Below are positions 36,373-50,270 of a stretch of 64,000 nucleotides of DNA, piece by piece. The position numbers and the translations under genes are program-made. The notes under the pieces were generated by a model that worked only from the letters and a program-made list of their open reading frames with translations, was not told the DNA's origin and ran no database searches. The DNA is from Antedon mediterranea (Eukaryota > Animalia > Echinodermata): the NCBI RefSeq assembly GCF_964355755.1, contig NC_092676.1, positions 10,951,888 through 11,015,887 on the forward strand, in the 5' to 3' direction. Positions within the stretch are counted from its first letter, which is position 1; each line of letters begins with the position of its first letter.

Positions 36373-39300
36373 ATGTGTCTCACTAGAAGCGTGTTTTATA
36401 GAATTGGACAACTGAATTTAGCAGTTCCTGCCAAAGAGGTTCTTATGAGAATCAATGAGCTCGGAATAGCATCAACCAAGCCCCGCGGATGTCGTGCCGG
36501 AAAAAGAAAACAGAGAGAAATAAAGGTTATAATTACACCACGTAGAACTAGAAACAGGGAACACCGATCATCGCGAAGTCAATGTAGAACGATTAAGCAA
36601 GATAATCTAGTTAAACTCTCTAATGGGAAATGGACTCTTCCCTCTTTATTTATGACAAATGCTCGATCTCTAAATAATAAAATGGATGAACTGGCTATAC
36701 GCGTTAGGAAATCTAAACCTGTCGTGATTGAAATTACTGAGACTCACTTAGACTCACTTAAATCCCGTGTTTCCTGACAAGTTGATAGAGTTAGAGGGAT
36801 ACTCGATGGTGCGACGTGATAGGCAAAATCGCAGCGGCGGAGGTATTATGTATGTCCGTGAAGACCTATCTTATCGAGTATGGTCTGAACTTAATAAAAA
36901 ATCACTGGAAAGTGTGTGGATTACAACCCGACCAAAAAGTTTGCCACGTCAATATTCGAACATCTCCTACGGCCTTATCTATCACCCGGAGAGTTCTGTA
37001 AATAATGATTGGGAAATGGCGTCTCACATTACACAGAGTTTAGATTATATTTGTAGTAAACATCCGGAATCAGGATTAATCGTCACAGGAGACTTCAACC
37101 GAATGAGAGACAACCTTATTATTAAGTATCCCTTAACAGATCGTTAAAGTTTCAACTAGGGATCGCGCATCACTTGATTTAATATATACTAATATGAGCG
37201 ATGTTTTTAATGCACCTACTAAAGAATCACCTTTAGGACTGTCTGATCACAACGTCATTGTATGCACCCCAATCGTTGGAACATTTAATTCGCCTAATGT
37301 CTTCGCTTACCATACAAAACGTAGCTGTAAACCGGGTGCCAAGGAAAACTTCGAACGCGACATTAATAACATTAGATGGCAAGATCTATACCGAATGGAT
37401 GGATGCTGTAACCAGTTTGAACTGTATCATAAGAACATTTCTGAACTCTTAAATTTACACTTCCCCCAAGTAACGATTAAAAGACTTCTTAAAGATAAGC
37501 CATGGGTAAATAATGCGTTTAAAGGTATCGTTTCTAGATGGCAAGCAGCTTTTGCAACTGACCCCACGTCTGCCGAATATAAGAAACTTATCTAACCGAA
37601 TGGCTAAATCTTTGAGAGGTGATTTTTATCGTAATACAGTAGTATTGCCCAGTTATTCTCGTCCGATTCTAAATCTTGGTAGACGGGTATTAAACAATTT
37701 CTTAATCTCGGCAAGGGTACTAAGTACTGTAAAACTATGGCTAATGACTTATGTAACGGTAATGTATACGATCTTACCACGAAAGTTAGTGGTTTTTTCC
37801 AGTCCCTTCTGAGTTCAAACCCCTTGAACCAAAAACCAATGATAGTAACACTGTTGTACCACCCCATTTAATTATCACGCCAGAGATAATTGAGTCTAAG
37901 CTTAAACTTGTGAAATGTAATAAAGCCCCAGGCCCGGACGGAATCCCTCTGTGGGTACTACGTGATTTTGCCAATGTCCTTTCTAAGCCTATAAGTGCAA
38001 TAGTGCCCTTCCCATGCTTTGGAAGTCAGCCGATATAATCCCCATTCCAAAGGTTAACCCACCTAAGGTTCTTGAGAATGACTTGCGTCCTATTTCGCTG
38101 ACTTCCACCACCATGAAAGTTATTGAAGGGATCGTAGGGGAAATGATTTGGGTCCAAATTAAAGATAAAATCAAGTTGAATCAATTTGGTTGCTCTAAGG
38201 GTGTGTCTACCACTGACGCTCTTATAAATTTGTTAACCGAATGCTTTACTTCTACTGACCAAGGAGATGAAATGAGATTATTATTGCTTGATTTCAAAAA
38301 GTCTTACGATTTAATTGACCATAATATATTAATTGACAAGTTGCATAAGTTAGGGGTCGAAGACCATCTAATCTCCTGGATCTATGCTTTTCTTTGTGAC
38401 AGAAAACAACGTGTTAAACTAGGCGATAAATTGTCCCCATGGATAGTCGTTAAGGGCGGTATCCCCCAGGGTTCCTGGTTGGGGCCCATGTTGTTTATCA
38501 TCTTTGTCGACGATCTTCTGGATGGGGTGCCGTGCTTGAAATACATGGACGACACCTCCATCCATGAACGTGTCGGCAACGACTGGGGAAACTACTCCAA
38601 ACCACTCTTGACGAAACTGTCCAGTGGGCTAGTGATAACAATATGTCCCTTAATATTAAGAAAACGAAAGAGATGAGAATTAGTTGTAAAAGGTCAAAGA
38701 CGGCTTTTGAGCCACTTCATGTTGGAGATTGTCGAATTTAAACTTCTTGGTGTAATAATTTCTCATAATTTGTCATGGCAACCCCATATTGACAAAATGA
38801 TTAGTAAATGTAATTCTAGAATGTACTTTCTCAAACAGGTGCGGAGGGCAGGCCTGGATGCCCCCGCACTTGTCCAATTTTATACTAGTATCATTAGACC
38901 AATATTACAGTAGAATATGCGGCCCCAGTTTGGGGATCAAATATTACGAAGCAACAGAGTCAACAACTTGAACAAATTCAGAGAAGGGCCTTTAAATGTA
39001 TTTTTCCGCAGGCTACTTATTTCGATGCCCGCAGCTTCCTTGGTTTTTCTACCCTAGAAGACCGCCGTGTTCGACTGTGCAAGGATTTTTTCGTTAAAAT
39101 CAAAGACCCCAGTCACAGATTGAATCATTTGTTACCGGAGGCTCCTTCTGCTGCTTATAATCTTAGAAGACTCCGTGAGTTCTGTATCCCTAGAGTTAAA
39201 ACTAACCGTTCTAAAACGTTTATTATTAATCACGGACTTTTCCAAAAATGGTAATCATTTAGTGTTCTGTTTCCGCGACCTTCCGTACCATTGTTTGTAA

Positions 39301-39577
39301 ATAATATTGAAAATTTTTGAAGTTTTCAAATTTTTACAAATTTTTACAATTTTTTTCATTTTTTTACTACAGGCCTATATCTATATTCATATATATTGTT
39401 TTTATCATAATTTATATTTAATTGAAATTTTGGTTTTAATTTGTTGATTGTATGTACTTACTTTCTAAATGTTTTTTATATTTGTATATTGCATTTTATG
39501 TTTCTGAGTGAAACGCTTTTGTTAAACTTCAATCTTCCTTTGATTGCAATAAAGTTCTATTCGTATTCGTATTCGTA
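36373..39577 (+). mobile_element. Near-full-length degenerate CR1-group LINE (Rex1/Babar- or L2-like): APE endonuclease + RT, (TATTCG)n tail
   Basis: RGCRAG leader; NARSLNNKMDEL, ITET, TGDFN, LSDH (APE); KAPGPDGIP, LRPISLTS, LLDFKKSYD, GIPQGSWLGP, YMDD (RT); EYAAPVW; AATAAA plus TATTCG repeats at the end; several frameshifts. Confidence 0.93.
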
Positions 39578-39969
39578 GTATTGCAATGCTCTCACTGGGC
39601 ATATTGGGTTTCTAGATTTTTGGTGCAAGACGAAAGGAGGTGAGGAACGCTTTCGATTGTTTGAAAGATTTGAAGTTTATTTGCACTTTAGTGGCATGTA
39701 CTGTGATATCAGTTAACATCAGTGTGTGTTCTGTGGCCTTGGAGACTACAGCTTCACTGGCATGCGAAGTAACCGATTATGAACAGGGCTCTGTAGAGAA
39801 TGAAGTTGTATTTGGATTTCATGCTGCCTTGCTTATGTCCAGTTTAAGCATTGTCACAAAGTGGCCGAGATGTTTTATCGCACACAATGCTTATAATAAT
39901 AATACAAGTGGTCTACTAATCTATTCATCTATTCATTTGTATTCAACTTTAAATAAGTTTGCAAACTTC

Positions 39970-40585
39970 AGAATGTATAACATTAATAATAGCACAATGA
40001 AACAATAATGATAATAATAGTTATCTTCCTTGGCTAGGCCTAGGTTGCGTTCTTGCGTTAGTACCAACAGTAAACGAAACACCACACGTGCACATTCCAA
40101 GCAAATCTACCGGGCCACGAAAATCCACAACACAACGCGCAAATATTGTCACGGCTAATTCAACAACAACATATATTATTATTATTACGAGGCGGCTTCT
40201 CGGCATTCACATACCCACACTGCGGTCTGCTGAAGTTCACACCGAACTCGCAATTCCCAACAACATATATTTTTACGAGGCGGCTTCTCTGCATTCACGT
40301 ACCACAACTGTAATTGGAGAGGCAGGAGCTCCACACAGGACTAACAATAACCAACCACGTACATCAGTATTTCAGTATATCAACTCACAAGGCCTGGCGT
40401 CCACACAGGACAAATTGTATCCAAAAATCTCCTCACAGGATATAACAACCTGCTTCGTTCATGGCCTCTTCCTTTCTCCCCCGATCCTCCTCCACGCTTC
40501 TCTGTCCAGCTTCCCACCACCTGTCCATGCAAAACAAAACCAACAACAATACCCTTGACATACCACCGTTAGAGGGTGTCTTACA
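39970..40585 (-). mobile_element. Possible LTR remnant
   Basis: Minus strand begins TGTAAGACACCCTCTAACGGTGG; internal ~45-bp duplication (40170-40210 vs 40263-40298); other end and TSD not identified. Confidence 0.3.
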
Positions 40586-40909
40586 ATTCAACTATACAAA
40601 ACCACCATTTTGTGATATGATGTCATCGTAAGTCAATCAAAGCTGAGCTTTCCCGCGATTGGCAGAGCTCACAGTTGAATGATTTTGGATTCTGGCTAAC
40701 AGTATTTGATTGGTGGACGCGAATCACCCACAGCGGAATGTTTTTCTCACATGGGCTCTCTGTACTGATCGTTACTACACTAATTTAGAGCAATGAATTT
40801 GTGCGAATTCCATTAAATAAACAACTTTATCTATTTTATAAACATTTTAAATTTTATTGATATTTCCAATATTGATATATAAAATAAATTACTAAATAAA
40901 ACGTAATTA

Positions 40910-41824
40910 GGCCAAAAAAAAATTTATTGTGTTTGCCACATTTTGGAAAAAAAACCCCAAAATGGCTAGGTCGGTAGGAAAATTGGTTTTCCCGGCAAAA
41001 TAATAAACAATGTATACAAATGATGGAAAAAGACCATATTTAAAAACACTTCTCGTGTTTTCTTTTCATCGTACCCTAGGCTCCCGCTAGCTATAAGTAT
41101 TGTTTCACTAAAAGTTTATCACATAAACGTAGGCCTAGCTGCTTGCTAGGCCTAGTTAATAATTTTTTAAAGCCAAAAATGATCAAGATCGAAATAAAAC
41201 TATTTCTGTGTTATTATGCTATATTACGCAAGTTTACATATTATTTCAGATGAAAAATACTGAGTTTTATATTGTTTTATCCATTCCTTAATTACACTGG
41301 CATTAAAGATAAAACATTAAAATGTAGGCCATAATCAGCTATATAGTCTGATTTCTCATTGCCGGGAAATTCCCCAGACATTGATCGATTGAAGAGTAGG
41401 CATATATGCTAGAGGCATGTGTGCCAGAATGGGTGGATTATCACTAAATAAATAACAAGTTGGAATCGAAAGCTTAGGAGCTTCCGGTAATATTAGGTAA
41501 ATTTTAATTAACATTGGTAGAGTCCATTAATTATCAGGATGTTTAAAAATTTGATAACTATTAAAACCACTGTGTAATCAAAGCATGTATTTAGTTAAAA
41601 CTTGGATCCCCCAGAATTGATAATCGCATATTCCGGTTATCACATGATGGATTCATGGTTGGTTGCATGCTTCTCTCTTTTTGACATGTCCAGCGAAGGA
41701 AATTTATGGTTTCCTACTAGCCGTTTGGCTCTCAAATATAAAAAATGAATAACAAAATGCTGACCTTCATTTTCGTCAGTTTAGGGTCGGTCGGACGTGG
41801 CCAACACAATATTTTTTTTTGCCC
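40910..41824. mobile_element. Non-autonomous TA|GG..CC|TA DNA transposon (ISL2EU-like)
   Basis: Imperfect TIRs GGCCAAAAAAAAATTTATTGTGTTTGCCAC / GTGGCCAACACAATATTTTTTTTTGCCC, TA on both sides, subterminal GGTCGG motifs. Confidence 0.7.
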
Positions 41825-42267
41825 TAATACGGAATTGGCGTAGTTAATAGAATTGTCGACGCCGAAAATTGTACCGTCTAGTAACACCCAATCACCCCAA
41901 AAATCGAATTTTCATTTCATGTCCATTTTCAAGATTTAAAATGTTTTGGGAAACATGTATTTGATATCAAATACAATATGTTCTATTTTTATATCCATAA
42001 ACAAACTCTTCCTTGATACTGTGCAGAGAACGGCAAAATACCAAAATGTAACGACGTGCCATTTGCCTATGTGTGCACATATCATGAAAATGATGTAATA
42101 GTGTAGCAGTTGACATGGTCGACGTGAAAATCCCTAATAAGGGTCCCTAATACCCATGTTTACTGTGTCTGAATTTTGTTATTTGTATTGAATACATAAA
42201 AAAATCTGATTAGTTGCTAAAATGCTCAACCCTCCACCTCTGGTAATCATTAAAATGGTGATTACAA

Positions 42268-43106
42268 CAGTGGCGGATCTAGGATTTTGTGAAAGGGAAG
42301 CGCAACTGTAGAGAGTCCACACCGGAAATGGCACTCTCACATTATTATAAATGTATTAAAAATTGATATTTTATTTTATAAAACCTGAGGTACTAGCCTA
42401 TTAAATGGTGACATTTTCCCCATAGGCCTATTTTTAGTAAAAGTGTTACAACAGGGCGCTTTGAGCAAGTCAGCGTTTGCACATGACGGAAAAACGTGCT
42501 TGTCCAGGGCCGTCAACAGTACCTGTGGCGAAGCGAACTTTGTTGAATGACGCCTCAGATCGCCGGAAATGGTACTCTCGCACATCAAATTCATGATAAA
42601 TGAAGACGCTCTCATATATGATGATGATACACTATACTAGCCACACATACTGTAGGTAACCACGGCGTTATAGTTTTTACGTATATACACTTTATGCTTG
42701 CTGACAGCAATCTAAACAATAGGTAGGCCTACGCGGTTGTATGGCGGTGTCCTTTGTACGAATCGTTCGTGCCCCAGTTTGCTGTATGTGTACGATACAC
42801 GCGTCAATATCATGTTACATCCAGGGACCAAAATGCATTTATTTTTCAGGTGAAAATAGCCAATTCATTTTCAACTCTTAGAAATTTACAGACAGCAACG
42901 GTAATGGTGACCTCTAATAAAGAAAAATTAGCACGGCGCTGAAACAATGTGTTTTAATCAAAGTGAAAGTACTTTACACTTACGCTTTTTTTCCCAAATT
43001 TTTTTTCCTTATGGTATGATCATTTTTTTTCTTCAGATTTATTGAGGGTGGGGGGGGGGGCATGCGGAGGGTGCACCCCCCCCCCCCCCCTCTGGATTCA
43101 CCACTG
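42268..43106. mobile_element. hAT-like MITE with 6-bp TSD
   Basis: Ends CAGTGGCGGATCTAG / CTGGATTCACCACTG; TTACAA on both sides. Confidence 0.82.
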
Positions 43107-44991
43107 TTACAAGGTATTTTGTGATAATATAAATAAAATAGAGGGCATAAGATTTTATATAGTTTCAACGAATTTGACAATGTCACAACTTTGCCAGCAC
43201 AATCAACATTTCAGTCAGAATTCCCAGTGGAATCATCACCGCTGTTGGATATTGTACAAAATTATCTAATTCCTTTTAAATGTTAAACTAATAAATTGTG
43301 TTGTAATTACCATTTTATTTTTAGGATTCAAGGGTGTAGACAATACCTATATACTGTATGAAATAATAACTTAAATATGACCATTCATGTTAATGAACTA
43401 TGACATTAATGCACTATAAGTCTATACATTATTCCACACAACCTACTGAACATTTATTTACTCAATTTGTTAATTCCACTTTAAAAACACCTTAACAGTA
43501 ATTATATGTACACATTGCAAAATGATTGATTCAAATTGCTTAATATCCTGATAGTGAATGCATAGTGAAGACTTCACTTTCAAGATATTGATATGTTCAA
43601 TAATTCTCTGGTCATACAAATGAGGCATATGGCCACATGCATTTAATGTTTTATAGTGAAAAATATCACAGAACAGTAATAGCAGTTATTTACTTCTTGG
43701 AGTTTAGAGCTTTACATTTACTATATTATCCACAAGTAAAACTTTGCTAAAACAAAAGAAGTGTAACAGTAAAATGAGCAACCACCTAGTTATAGTACTA
43801 CTGTATATAATTGTATAGGATAAATGAGCAGATGAAGCATAAATTACTTTTGCTAGACTGAAAAGTAATAACAAATATCATAACTATCTATATATAAATT
43901 TACGTAAGGGCAAAATCCGGTAAATCGCGCGTTATTTCTAGAATGTTTACTCGATGGTATATAAAGTTGGTTAGAATCTCGGTACTGATTTTAACCACCA
44001 GATGTAACCCTGTTTACTAATTAAATTGAGTTAGATAATTAGTTATTGACAATTAAAACGAATTTAGGTTCAACGATTTTCCCCAAATAGGGATGTTTTC
44101 CGATCGTGGTATACACTGTCTAATGGATGTTCTCTTGAAAATTACCTGCACACAATAATACGAGGATGCATCGAATTTTCCTATCTCCTCCTACGATAAT
44201 TGTTCTTAATGGCTGAAAACTGGTTGAACAGCTCGAGTACAGTATCATAATGTTGAAGACAGGCCGATTTTCTTTAAAAAATACTATTTTGATAGAGTTA
44301 CTATACGTTTATACAAATGTATTGATTTGCGATGAATGGAACATTCCAATCTCTGTTCCACAAGTTTCTACTCCCTCAGGCGTCGTAAAGACAAGTACAG
44401 TCATAACAGAAATTCGATCCATTTTTTTCCAATCTGTGCTGCAGAGGTTGGATATACGGTAGGCCTAGGTATTTTTTTAACGGATAATGAGCTAGCCTTT
44501 CCAGTCGTCGTCTATGTACAATTAACTTTATGATTGCAGTTAAACCACCATCCACACCACCACCCTCCCCCTCACTGGCATGAGTAGCGTTGTAAAGCCA
44601 GTAGAGGACAGGCTTACAGTACGAAGGATCACATGCCCTAAACGCAAAACAATTTTGGTGGTTAGGAACCAACTTAAGTATGGATTGGCTCTAAGAAACA
44701 ATTGAGAACCATTAGGCCTACTAATTAAGTTGAGTTAGATAATTATCTATTGATGATTAAAGCGAATTTACGGTTTACCACGAATAGAGGTCTTTACTTT
44801 ATTACTGACAGTTCCTTCTGAATGTTTGTATTAATTTTAATGTAATTACAAAACAATTAATATTTTGTTACTAAATGGATAAAGAATACATTTAAAAATT
44901 GTTCGTCTTTGCACCCATCCTCTTCCCCATCCATCAACCCTAATGTTACATACAAAATACAACTTCAGTTTGTTACAAAACAAGTGGTCTT

Positions 44992-45189
44992 ATTTTGTGA
45001 CAAGTTTCTCTTTCGGAAGTAATTCCCAGGGTGCTAATTTTAGTTGAGTACATAAATCACCGCGTCTATTTATTCGTTCCTGTAAACGACATGTATTATT
45101 GTCCTACATGTACATTTGAAGTCGCCAGTTTTTTACCGCTGAAATCACTATGTATTCGAGAACCATCTGTGGGCATGACCTAGATCTAG
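44992..45189 (+). repeat. Dispersed repeat homologous to 18780-18970
   Basis: Direct sequence similarity ending at CTAG; may be the 3' end of a longer element starting near 43900. Confidence 0.6.
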
Positions 45190-45784
45190 TTATTTAAATT
45201 TTTACTAGAGATTTCGAGCCCTGCCAGGTAGGTAATAATGATGACACCACTCAGTTAATATATAGGGTTTGTTTTAAGCTGTTTTTGCTATGCAAGTGGC
45301 TTTAAGAAAATTGAGCAATTTGGTAGTCTTAAGAACACTTCTCATTATCTCATTCCTTGACAGCATTACAATCTAGCATTACTACTTATGTTAATTGCTC
45401 TTGCTGTGAGAAGACATTGAAAATGTCGATAAGATCTCTTTTGAGATCAATAAGCTGTAAAGACTAACAGTGCAAATGTATTATATTACATTATATTGCT
45501 CAATATTACAATTATATTCAATATTTATTATTTTTTTCATTTTCTTAATATTGAACTATAATCTGGCTATTTTTGATGATGAGTTTGACCTGGGTCACCG
45601 ACATTGCCTCAACAATATCTGAATCAAGACTGTATAATTCTAAAATCCAATCCGTTTTTACTGATCTTAAATATTTTTAAATATTAATAAATTAATAATA
45701 TTTTTGCTAATCAGTGGCTAATCCATGATTAAGGTAATGCATATATTACTTCAAAAACATTAAACCATACCATTCCTTGTCTTA

Positions 45785-46735
45785 AGGGTATGTTCAGACC
45801 TACGGAGTTATGCTTTCGTATCACAGCCAAGGTCATATTTTAATGAGCGTCATAAGAGCAAAGTGTTCAGATTCATTGCAACGAAGTTGCTTTACAAACG
45901 GATATGATGTCACTCGCTGGCGATTAACCAAACTCTAAAACACGCATAGACCTACCTTCGTTGTTATTAAAAGTAGTAGTGGTTGGTTTAGGAGTTACAG
46001 GCCTAGACCAAACACTTGGGCTCGGCATTATCGATTGGTTGTCAGGCATACCAACCAGCCGATCGTTTTGTGGTTTGGGTTTATATTTGGTCTATGACCT
46101 AAAATATCATTTATGGCAGAAAAATGTTCAAATCCCATACTTGCACCGGCTCCAGATTTATTTACTCGGTCTTTCGCCGCTTTATATGACGACCCCTTCA
46201 ATTTCGTTTGGATATTAAATCCTTCTTTATGAGGATGGCCCATCTGCTAACGTGTCCGCAATCTTGTTGAACACAGACATCTTGTTGTCGGTGCTTTTAC
46301 GCCAGTTTTTCACTTCCAACCGATCTCTGAACTCAGGGCTTCCCCACAATGAAATAAGGTATTTTACTTCGGTTTCTCGCCAATGCGCACGCTTCGATGA
46401 CATTTTAAATTAATTAATATAATAATATTAATAATAATACTGTATAGTGTAACAACAAAAGGTATGATTTTTTCGCACGTTCACCGATCACAACAAATGG
46501 ATCAGCTTGGCTATACGATGAGGAGCACATGTCACGATGTAATGTGGCGAATATTGTAATTTGAATGGCTAGATATCTAACCTAGGTCATATTCATCGAT
46601 GCGTGACTTTCGTATTGTAAGCGACGTCCACTAAACTCATGGTCGTACCAGGTGGCTTCCACTAATCTTTTCCTGGTTCAGACCTATGGACTTGTACAAT
46701 ACGAAAGCATAACTCCGTAGGTCTGAACAGGCCCT
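45785..46735 (-). mobile_element. Non-autonomous PIF/Harbinger element carrying a Myb/SANT ORF remnant
   Basis: ~35-bp TIR AGGG..TGTTCAGACCTACGGAGTTATGCTTTCGTAT; flanks TTA/TGA. Confidence 0.88.
46028..46403 (-). pseudogene. Harbinger accessory Myb/SANT (trihelix) DNA-binding protein, frameshifted
   Basis: MSSKRAHWRETEVKYLISLWG..VFNKIADTL / IQTKLK..YKAAKDRVNKSGAG..FEHFSAINDILGHRP; frameshift near 46243. Confidence 0.8.
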
Positions 46736-47245
46736 TGATGTACATTCTATAGTTAATTACAAGAGAGAAACAACATACTACAGACTGTTAAAGTAGGCTA
46801 CAAGGTTGGCATGTGAAAATGTCTCGTCGCTGAATTCATTTTCTTAATTTTTTTTAAAAGAATCTATTACAAATTTAATACAAATCAGGTAAGACAGGGT
46901 ATTTTTAAGTTACAATTCTTCTATTGTTTTCCCTTCACGATTGCACCAGCTAGGCCTACAAAACTAAGCCTAGCTAGGCTAGGCAGACAACCGACACGAG
47001 GAAATTCACCGCGAGCTACTTAGGTAGTGCATTGTTTATCTCTTTGTATCATAATTTACCATAAAACGTACATTTAAGACAAGGAATGACCTGGTTTTAA
47101 TGTTTTTAAAGTTTTTATACTGTATATGCATTATTTTTACAAAACGTCACAAATTGTAGGGAATGGGTCGTTAACCATTGAAAAACTAAAAAAATAAATA
47201 ATTATAATATTGACAGAAAATATAGTTTGGCCTTAAATTAGATTG

Positions 47246-47458
47246 ATTGGGATAGTGTCCCATGACATGGCATGGGATAGTGTCCCATGGCATGGCATGG
47301 GATAGTGTCCCATGGCATGGCATGGGATAGTGTCCCATGGCATGGCATGGCATAGTGTCCCATGGCATGGCATGGCATAGTGTCCCATGGCATGGCATGG
47401 CATAGTGTCCCATGGCATGGCATGGCATAGTGTCCCATGGCATGGCATGGCATAGTGT
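47246..47458. repeat. 25-bp minisatellite x ~8.5
   Basis: Unit ATAGTGTCCCATGGCATGGCATGG(G/C). Confidence 0.95.
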
Positions 47459-47515
47459 CTTGCATTTATGAGAAAATCTGTTTTTGAATTGAACAATAAC
47501 CACCCAAGTTGTTAA

Positions 47516-49435
47516 AGGGGGGTTCCGGGTTTAAAATGAATAGTAAAAAATGTAAAATATATTTGTTTGTCTCTTGAACGGTAAAAGTTTCAATTTATAT
47601 AAGCGCCCAGTGAAGCAGAACGAAGGCTGTGAAATGAGGCCAGATTACAAGTGCAGCTACGACAAAATCACACTGTGGTTACAGAATAGGAAATTCGTGA
47701 AATGGTCAATCTTCCGACGACTCGTTATCATTAACCATATCAATTACTTTTGTAAAATTATACTTATCTGATGTAATTTTAGTCGGTCTTCCCATTTATA
47801 AAGTCAATTTTCTATGAAAATCCATCAAAACAGTGAAAAATTAGATAAGTTTGCACTTTACGTTTGCCGATTTTCGCACTGACTTAGGGAAAGCCTTCAA
47901 AATCAATGAAGCGTAACGTATACATTCCTGCTGAGCGAGGAGAGCGAGACGACGATACACGTGCTCTCTCTGCCCATGCCTGGCATCGTCACGTGATAAG
48001 CAGATACAGTATACAACAATACCAAACTGGTCGGGTCGAGTATACCCCGTCTATAATCACAACATGAACGATGTACAGTATTTGATTGAAGGTCGACTCA
48101 ACCTACCGGAATGGTATAGATAATATAGCTCGAATGAGAGAGTTGGAATATTTGTAAACATAAGTACAGTATTGCTAATTTTAACAAGTGTAGCCTAAGT
48201 AAAAGGCCTGGTAGTATCAATTCGCATAGGGTCTACTACACTAGCTAGCTCAATTTTTAACTGGGCCGGATCGGCTAGGCTAGGCTAGGTCTCCTTCCTA
48301 CTACCGGTCTACTTGCTTGATGCAGTATCCGCTTTTTTGGAGAGTAAACTAGGCCTACTTATTAGACGATCGGGACACCATACGTGCGGACGGCGATCGG
48401 ACCTTGTTTTGCCTCAATATTTACAGCCGATTTTTGTAGAACGTTTTAGGTTTAGATTGTTTAGGAGTTTGGTTGATAGAATGGGTTTGGAATCCACTGA
48501 GTTTTGTTATTTATGGGCCAATCGTTTAGTAATAGGCTAGCTAGGCCCATGAATGATGGCCCCAATGTTTTAAAGGCTTTGAGGATATTGACCCAAAAGA
48601 TTTATTTAAATTGTCTCACAACATCAGAACCAGGGGACACAGCTTAAAACTATATCGTCCAAAACTTAGAGGAAATCTTATGTGCAGGGTCAACTTTTTT
48701 TACCATCAGAGTCATACATCACTGGAATTCTCTGCCTGAATATGTAATACAAGCCTCTTCAGTGAACATCTTTAAGTCTAGACTTGACAACTATTTTCGG
48801 CCGGCTAGAAATGGAATCTAATAGGCACTAGCCTAAACTATTTCCATCAAACATTAAGTGTAAGTGTAAGTGTAACGTATAGCCATCATGGCATGGAATC
48901 CCTAGTCAGAAATGGCTCTCACCCCGGCATGAATAAAATGATTTAGGCTAGGCCTAGCCTAGTACGTGAAGCCGATATACGATCTGTACTATTAATTCGA
49001 GGTATAAAAATACAGTAGTATAATTTATGACTCCGTAATCTGTACTAAATTTTGTATTTCATTAAATGTCAAATAAATATATGCTACTACTGTTATTATT
49101 TAGGCCTAGCTTAGCAAATCTACAAAAAATGTATTTCACAATGATCGGGTGGTCGTCGTTTGACAGAAGAGAGAGAACACAAAGTACAAGCTTGACGTCG
49201 CGAGTTTGGAATCCACTGATGACGTGATTTTGTGAATATCTCATGAATATTAATGAGCTTCCCTAAGCTGCTGAAAAACAGATTTTCCATGAATTTACCC
49301 TAAAATGTATATGAAATTTAATTTTTTTAATTTCTCGTTATTACTTCTTCATTCTGACATGTCTATATTTTTATAATATTTTTTATTTAATAAATAAACG
49401 ATATTTAAAAGCAATTTTAAACCCAGAATCCCCCT
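47516..49435 (+). mobile_element. Non-autonomous Kolobok-like DNA transposon (TTAA TSD), copy 1
   Basis: TTAA|AGGGGGGTTCCGGGTTTAAAAT .. ATTTTAAACCCAGAATCCCCCT|TTAA; inverted near-identical copy at 62660-64000. Confidence 0.88.
48574..48875 (+). mobile_element. 5'-truncated CR1-like LINE with (AAGTGT)n tail
   Basis: RTRGHSLKL..RVIHHWNSLPEYVIQASSVNIFKSRLD; absent from the second Kolobok copy (empty site near 63163-63170). Confidence 0.9.
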
Positions 49436-50270
49436 TTAAGGTGAAGTCTGGAAGGAAATGTATCAGGGGGATTAGGACAGTGATTAGGACAGTGATTAAT
49501 TTACATTTACTATTGGTAAAAAAAACCAATTTTGGTCCATTTGTTTTTATCTTGCTCATAATAGTAATAGGTATTTTTATCGTTGTTTTTACACAGTAAA
49601 TTTATATTTCTACAGACAAAAGTGGTGAAGGTGGTGTGGTACTTTATACTTGAGTGGTGCATGAAAAAATGATTTTCCACTTCCATATCATTTACATACA
49701 CAATATACCATATTAAAACAATGATACTCATATACCAAAGCAATGAATAACAAGACTAAATCAACATTTTATATTTAAACTACATATCTCCAATATAATT
49801 CAAGTTTACAAAATAGTACACCTTTGCATATAATTACAATGCCTAAAGGAAGGACTTTTGCAATTAACTTTGCATATTACTTCACTAATTTGTGAGATTC
49901 CCCATTGTTCACACTTAATTAGATAAGCCTGTACAATATTATTTCAAGTGAAACATGCATTTTCATTTGTGTATTCATGTCTACTAAAATTATTTGCAGA
50001 TTATAGCTTGTTATTTTTTTAACCAAGGAAAAATTAAACATATATTAAAAATACAATTAGTAAAGCATAGTTTATATTTATTTTAAGTCTTCTCAAGTTT
50101 AAAGACCATGTAACATAGGACCACTCCATCCTACCTATAATGACTCTTATATTTATGTTAATAAACATAATAATAATAATAAACATATGCATTCATATGC
50201 ATGTTAATAAACATGCATATGAATGCACTAGCCTACAGTATTATCAGTGTAACCCTGCCATGGTTTACCA

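Noticed and set aside
40088-40558. 156-aa ORF
   Set aside because: No recognisable domain or splice context; lies in probable LTR-derived sequence.
47186-47503. Cys/His/Met-rich repeat ORFs in three frames
   Set aside because: A 25-bp minisatellite that is open in all three minus frames by chance.
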